Under the pieces are notes generated by a model. That model was not told the origin of the DNA and ran no database searches. It saw nothing but the letters and a program-made list of their open reading frames with translations. Of a DNA stretch of 57,879 bases, positions 55,128-57,879 are shown piece after piece (the stretch's first letter is position 1; every line of letters starts with the position of its first letter). A program made the translations under genes and the position numbers. Source of the stretch: a virus. Lineage: Duplodnaviria; Caudoviricetes. The DNA is taken from positions 1 to 57,879 of IMG/VR virus record IMGVR_UViG_3300018072_000001; one strand, given 5' to 3'.

Positions 55128-55330
55128 GACCGGAGCTCCGGAAGCCGCGTCAAATTCCCAGACCTCGCATCCCACTCCCACGCCATCCTTGTCCATGCAA
55201 AGCCAAGTATCCGTTCAGCTGCCGGAATCGTTCCGCGTTTAAAGACATGGTATGCTACGAGTGTTTCATCAACTGCAAGGGTGAGAGCCACAAACCGTTT
55301 TACATTTCGATTAGGAGGAGGAGAAGGTGA
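55124..55330 (+). CDS. Small Cys-rich protein
   Basis: CPC...C...CYEC; overlaps both neighbours. Confidence 0.45.
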   Translation: MRPELRKPRQIPRPRIPLPRHPCPCKAKYPFSCRNRSAFKDMVCYECFINCKGESHKPFYISIRRRRR

Positions 55331-55665
55331 TGGGAGATCCTGAAGCGTTTAAGCACGTCCTCAGTCCATGGAAACCGGAAACGAGTCCACTCCGGCTCGC
55401 ATTGTTGGGGAAGTTTTTAGAGGAGCTCAACGAGTGTGCGTCAGCCGTCGCTCGGTGCATTATCCAGGGCATCGATGAAAGTGAACCGATCACCGGCCTG
55501 GTTAACCGTGAATGGCTATCCAAGGAGATCGCGGATGTACAGGCCACGATGCATCTGGTCCATGTGCACTTCCGGTTGAACACCGTGGCCGTCAACGAAC
55601 GCAAGTGGGCGAAGGCGCGACATCTCGGTGAGTGGCATCGTAAGATCGAAGCGGGAGATATATGA
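55327..55665 (+). CDS. MazG-like NTP pyrophosphohydrolase
   Basis: GKFLEELNE...KEIADV. Confidence 0.6.
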   Translation: MMGDPEAFKHVLSPWKPETSPLRLALLGKFLEELNECASAVARCIIQGIDESEPITGLVNREWLSKEIADVQATMHLVHVHFRLNTVAVNERKWAKARHLGEWHRKIEAGDI

Positions 55666-56147
55666 GATCACTACTCTCGGTCGATCCCGGTCTCACCGGT
55701 ACTGGATGGGCGTTGTGGTTGGGTGATAAGATGCCCAACCGCATCGGCGTCATCAAGACCGGGAAGGGTGAGTGGTGGGAACGTGCCCAACAGATCGCCG
55801 ACCAACTCGTAGCGTTGTGTGATCCGCGAACCCGCGTGGTCGCGGAGTTCACAGAGTACCATGCAGCGGCAACGTCGAATATGGGTTGGCGTACCGGAGA
55901 TCTCCAACGGCTTACTTTCCTTTGCGGCGTCATCGCAGGCCGTGTCTACCCACGCACCTTCATTCCGATCACCACGTCCGGATGGAAAGGACAACTGCCG
56001 AAGGACGTCGCCGCGAAGCGTGTTGAGAAGATCATCGGTGCGCATCATTGTCATCGACTCGGTTTACCAGAGATCAAGCGTCGGTCCGACACACATGCCT
56101 GGGACGCCGTCGGCATTGGACTCTGGGCACTAGATCGATTCAACTAA
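55662..56147 (+). CDS. RuvC-like Holliday junction resolvase
   Basis: SVDPGLTGTGWA, WKG, HAWDAVGIG. Confidence 0.8.
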   Translation: MRSLLSVDPGLTGTGWALWLGDKMPNRIGVIKTGKGEWWERAQQIADQLVALCDPRTRVVAEFTEYHAAATSNMGWRTGDLQRLTFLCGVIAGRVYPRTFIPITTSGWKGQLPKDVAAKRVEKIIGAHHCHRLGLPEIKRRSDTHAWDAVGIGLWALDRFN

Positions 56148-56263
56148 GCTGCGAGGATGATCACCTGTCAGGCCGCTCCCTTGGAAAAGGAGCCCCGGTC
56201 TGATGGGAGTCATCTGGGACCCATGTGACCCCGAGTGAGGATTTCGCAGTGACGGATCGGGGT
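56148..56263 (+). ncRNA. Candidate structured leader RNA (nested stems, possible pseudoknot)
   Basis: Stems 56148-56156/56242-56250, 56168-56175/56196-56203 and 56228-56234/56257-56263; GGAA tetraloop. Confidence 0.4.
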
Positions 56264-56280
56264 ATTAGAAAGAGGAGGAC

Positions 56281-57321
56281 ATGGGAAAAATTATTGCCTT
56301 GCGGCCGGTGACCGTAAAGACCTACAATCCGGAACGGGATGGAGTTAGTTTCAGCACATTACAGAAATTCAAGAACTGCCGAGAGCTCGCACGATTGCAT
56401 CTCAAGGGATGGCGTCCACGTTCCACCAGCATGGGACAGGTGTTCGGCACCATCATGCACTCACTGCTCCAGAAAGTACTGGAGGACGTCCGTGCCGGCA
56501 AGTTGAAGAAGGCTCCGTCCACAGACTATGTGGTCAAGCATGTCGCGGTGATCGAGAAGCAATGGCGGTCAGAGAACCCGAAAGCGGATGCAGAGACACT
56601 GGAACGACTGGAGGTCACCTGCGCCATCGCTGAAGGTGTGTTGCCGATGTATTTTCGGTTCTGGCACAAAGACTTCAAGCTGCGTTGGAACAAACCAGAA
56701 CATGAATTCCTGCATCCCTACGCGGTCGAGTATCCGCGTGGGCATCATCTGTACGGCAGCAAGAAGAAGATGAAGACCTTCCTACGCGGGAAGATCGACG
56801 CCAGCTTTCATGAAGGCAGTGCCAAGCGTCCGTGGTTGTTCGAATCCAAATCCAAGTCTCGCATCGGAGAGTCTGGTGAATCCAATCTCACCGACATCCT
56901 CCCGCATGAGATGCAGGTTGGTATCTATCTGCTCATCCTCCAAATCATTTACAAAGGTAAAGTACCCGCCGGTCTTCTGTACAACATCGTGCGTCGTCCT
57001 ACCGTGAAGCCGAAGAAGGGTGAGGACATGCAGACCTTCGCTCAGCGCATCATTCGTGATGTGCAAAAGCGACCAGAGTACTATTTTCTTCGGCTGCGAA
57101 TGACCGTGGACAGTCAGGATCTCTTCCGACGCAAGCAAGAACTCGACGACGTAGTATCGGACTTCCTACTGTGGTGGAAAGGTGAGAGTGGTCACTACAA
57201 GAATAGTGACTACTGCGAAAACAAATATGGCACTTGTATGTTCCTACCGATGTGCGGTCATGGAGACCGCAGTCGGTTCTATCAGAAGCAAGAGATCCTA
57301 ACCGAGATGGAGGAAGCATGA
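56281..57321 (+). CDS. PD-(D/E)XK exonuclease (Cas4/AddB-like)
   Basis: SFSTL...C, GTIMH, GKID, ESKS, Q...Y, C-terminal C....C.F..MC. Confidence 0.8.
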   Translation: MGKIIALRPVTVKTYNPERDGVSFSTLQKFKNCRELARLHLKGWRPRSTSMGQVFGTIMHSLLQKVLEDVRAGKLKKAPSTDYVVKHVAVIEKQWRSENPKADAETLERLEVTCAIAEGVLPMYFRFWHKDFKLRWNKPEHEFLHPYAVEYPRGHHLYGSKKKMKTFLRGKIDASFHEGSAKRPWLFESKSKSRIGESGESNLTDILPHEMQVGIYLLILQIIYKGKVPAGLLYNIVRRPTVKPKKGEDMQTFAQRIIRDVQKRPEYYFLRLRMTVDSQDLFRRKQELDDVVSDFLLWWKGESGHYKNSDYCENKYGTCMFLPMCGHGDRSRFYQKQEILTEMEEA

Positions 57322-57560
57322 AACCGATTTCGTTTCCCGAACAAACACGCACGTGGACTGGCGGACCGGGCAGTGAAGTGAAAGATCTACCGGCCTTCAG
57401 CGACGATCGCGTCACCGTCACTTGCTGGACGTTGTCATGGCCTGAACGATTTGTTGTACTCATGCGAGGACGGGTGTGGCTTTCACAACTGAACTTCGGT
57501 AAGCCACTTCAACCGCAGAAGGTCAGCGCCAAATCTCCCTTCGTGGTGAGCAACGTATGA
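57318..57560 (+). CDS. Conserved small phage protein
   Basis: MKPISFPEQ...LPA...CWTLSW.ER...GRVWL...QP. Confidence 0.7.
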   Translation: MKPISFPEQTRTWTGGPGSEVKDLPAFSDDRVTVTCWTLSWPERFVVLMRGRVWLSQLNFGKPLQPQKVSAKSPFVVSNV

Positions 57561-57879
57561 GACTCGAATTGGCGCATGTTGTTGTCATCGGCGGAGGGTT
57601 TGTTGGTCAACTGATTCAGTGGGCCATGCCGTCCGTCCGACTCCTGGACTGGCGCAAAACCGCTCCAGCGAATCATCTCGAGACCCGCATGGTCGGTCCG
57701 CAATATTTATGGGAACCGATTCCCGGTGTTGAGTCGTATTCGTTCGAAGTCGAAACCCTTGTAGATTCCGCTCCACCAACACCGGAGTCCGTCCTCGCCT
57801 ACAAACGAAAGATCGGCAAGGAACATGACGGCGGTGATTGGGGACTTCAATTTCAACATCTCACTACCGGCTGGCACAG
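57557..57879 (+). CDS. FAD-dependent oxidoreductase, N-terminal part (continues across the junction to 625; 274 aa total)
   Basis: ATG at 57557 overlaps the upstream TGA; MRLELAHVVVIGGGFVG is a Rossmann GxGxxG motif; frame continues to codons starting at position 2 and is in frame with ORF 170..625. Confidence 0.8.
   Translation, partial: MRLELAHVVVIGGGFVGQLIQWAMPSVRLLDWRKTAPANHLETRMVGPQYLWEPIPGVESYSFEVETLVDSAPPTPESVLAYKRKIGKEHDGGDWGLQFQHLTTGWH
57757..57879. repeat. Terminal direct repeat, copy 2
   Basis: Exact 123-nt match to 1-123. Confidence 0.95.

Noticed and set aside
56200-56210. CTGATG as a hammerhead ribozyme core
   Set aside because: It reads CTGATGG rather than CTGATGA, and there is no correctly placed GAAA stem junction
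56281-57321. Cas4-like gene as evidence of a CRISPR system
   Set aside because: No array or other cas genes; standalone PD-(D/E)XK exonucleases are common in phage recombination modules
1-57879. Prophage/integrase, tRNA genes, reverse transcriptase/DGR
   Set aside because: No recombinase or RT motifs, cloverleaf or template/variable repeat pair was seen by eye; a tRNAscan-SE and HMM run would confirm

Overview
This window looks like one complete, circularly assembled dsDNA tailed-phage genome (siphovirus-like). Bases 1-123 are repeated exactly at 57757-57879, leaving about 57,756 bp unique. There is no integrase, tRNA or CRISPR array, so the phage is probably lytic. Layout: (i) a plus-strand replication and nucleotide-metabolism arm running 53.8 kb -> junction -> 11.4 kb; (ii) a minus-strand virion and lysis arm at 39.6 -> 11.6 kb; (iii) a plus-strand region of small early-type ORFs at 40.1-53.7 kb, with a structured ~0.6 kb non-coding block and a repeated leader motif. 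The most striking element is a candidate undescribed nucleotide/DNA-modification pathway that the contig junction splits. It comprises an FAD-dependent oxidoreductase/mutase-like protein, a dUTPase/dCTPase-like + HAD nucleotidase fusion, a ThyX homolog lacking the canonical RHR...S catalytic motif, a VOC-fold protein, a DUF1599/Nmad1-like protein and an SDR. These genes lie just upstream of a family A DNA polymerase with altered active-site motifs. Other oddities: three paralogous winged-helix proteins, a capsid N-terminal fragment fused to a Tat-like leader, tandem small paralogues missed by the ORF track, and several structured RNA candidates. All functional calls come from motif recognition by eye; no searches were run.
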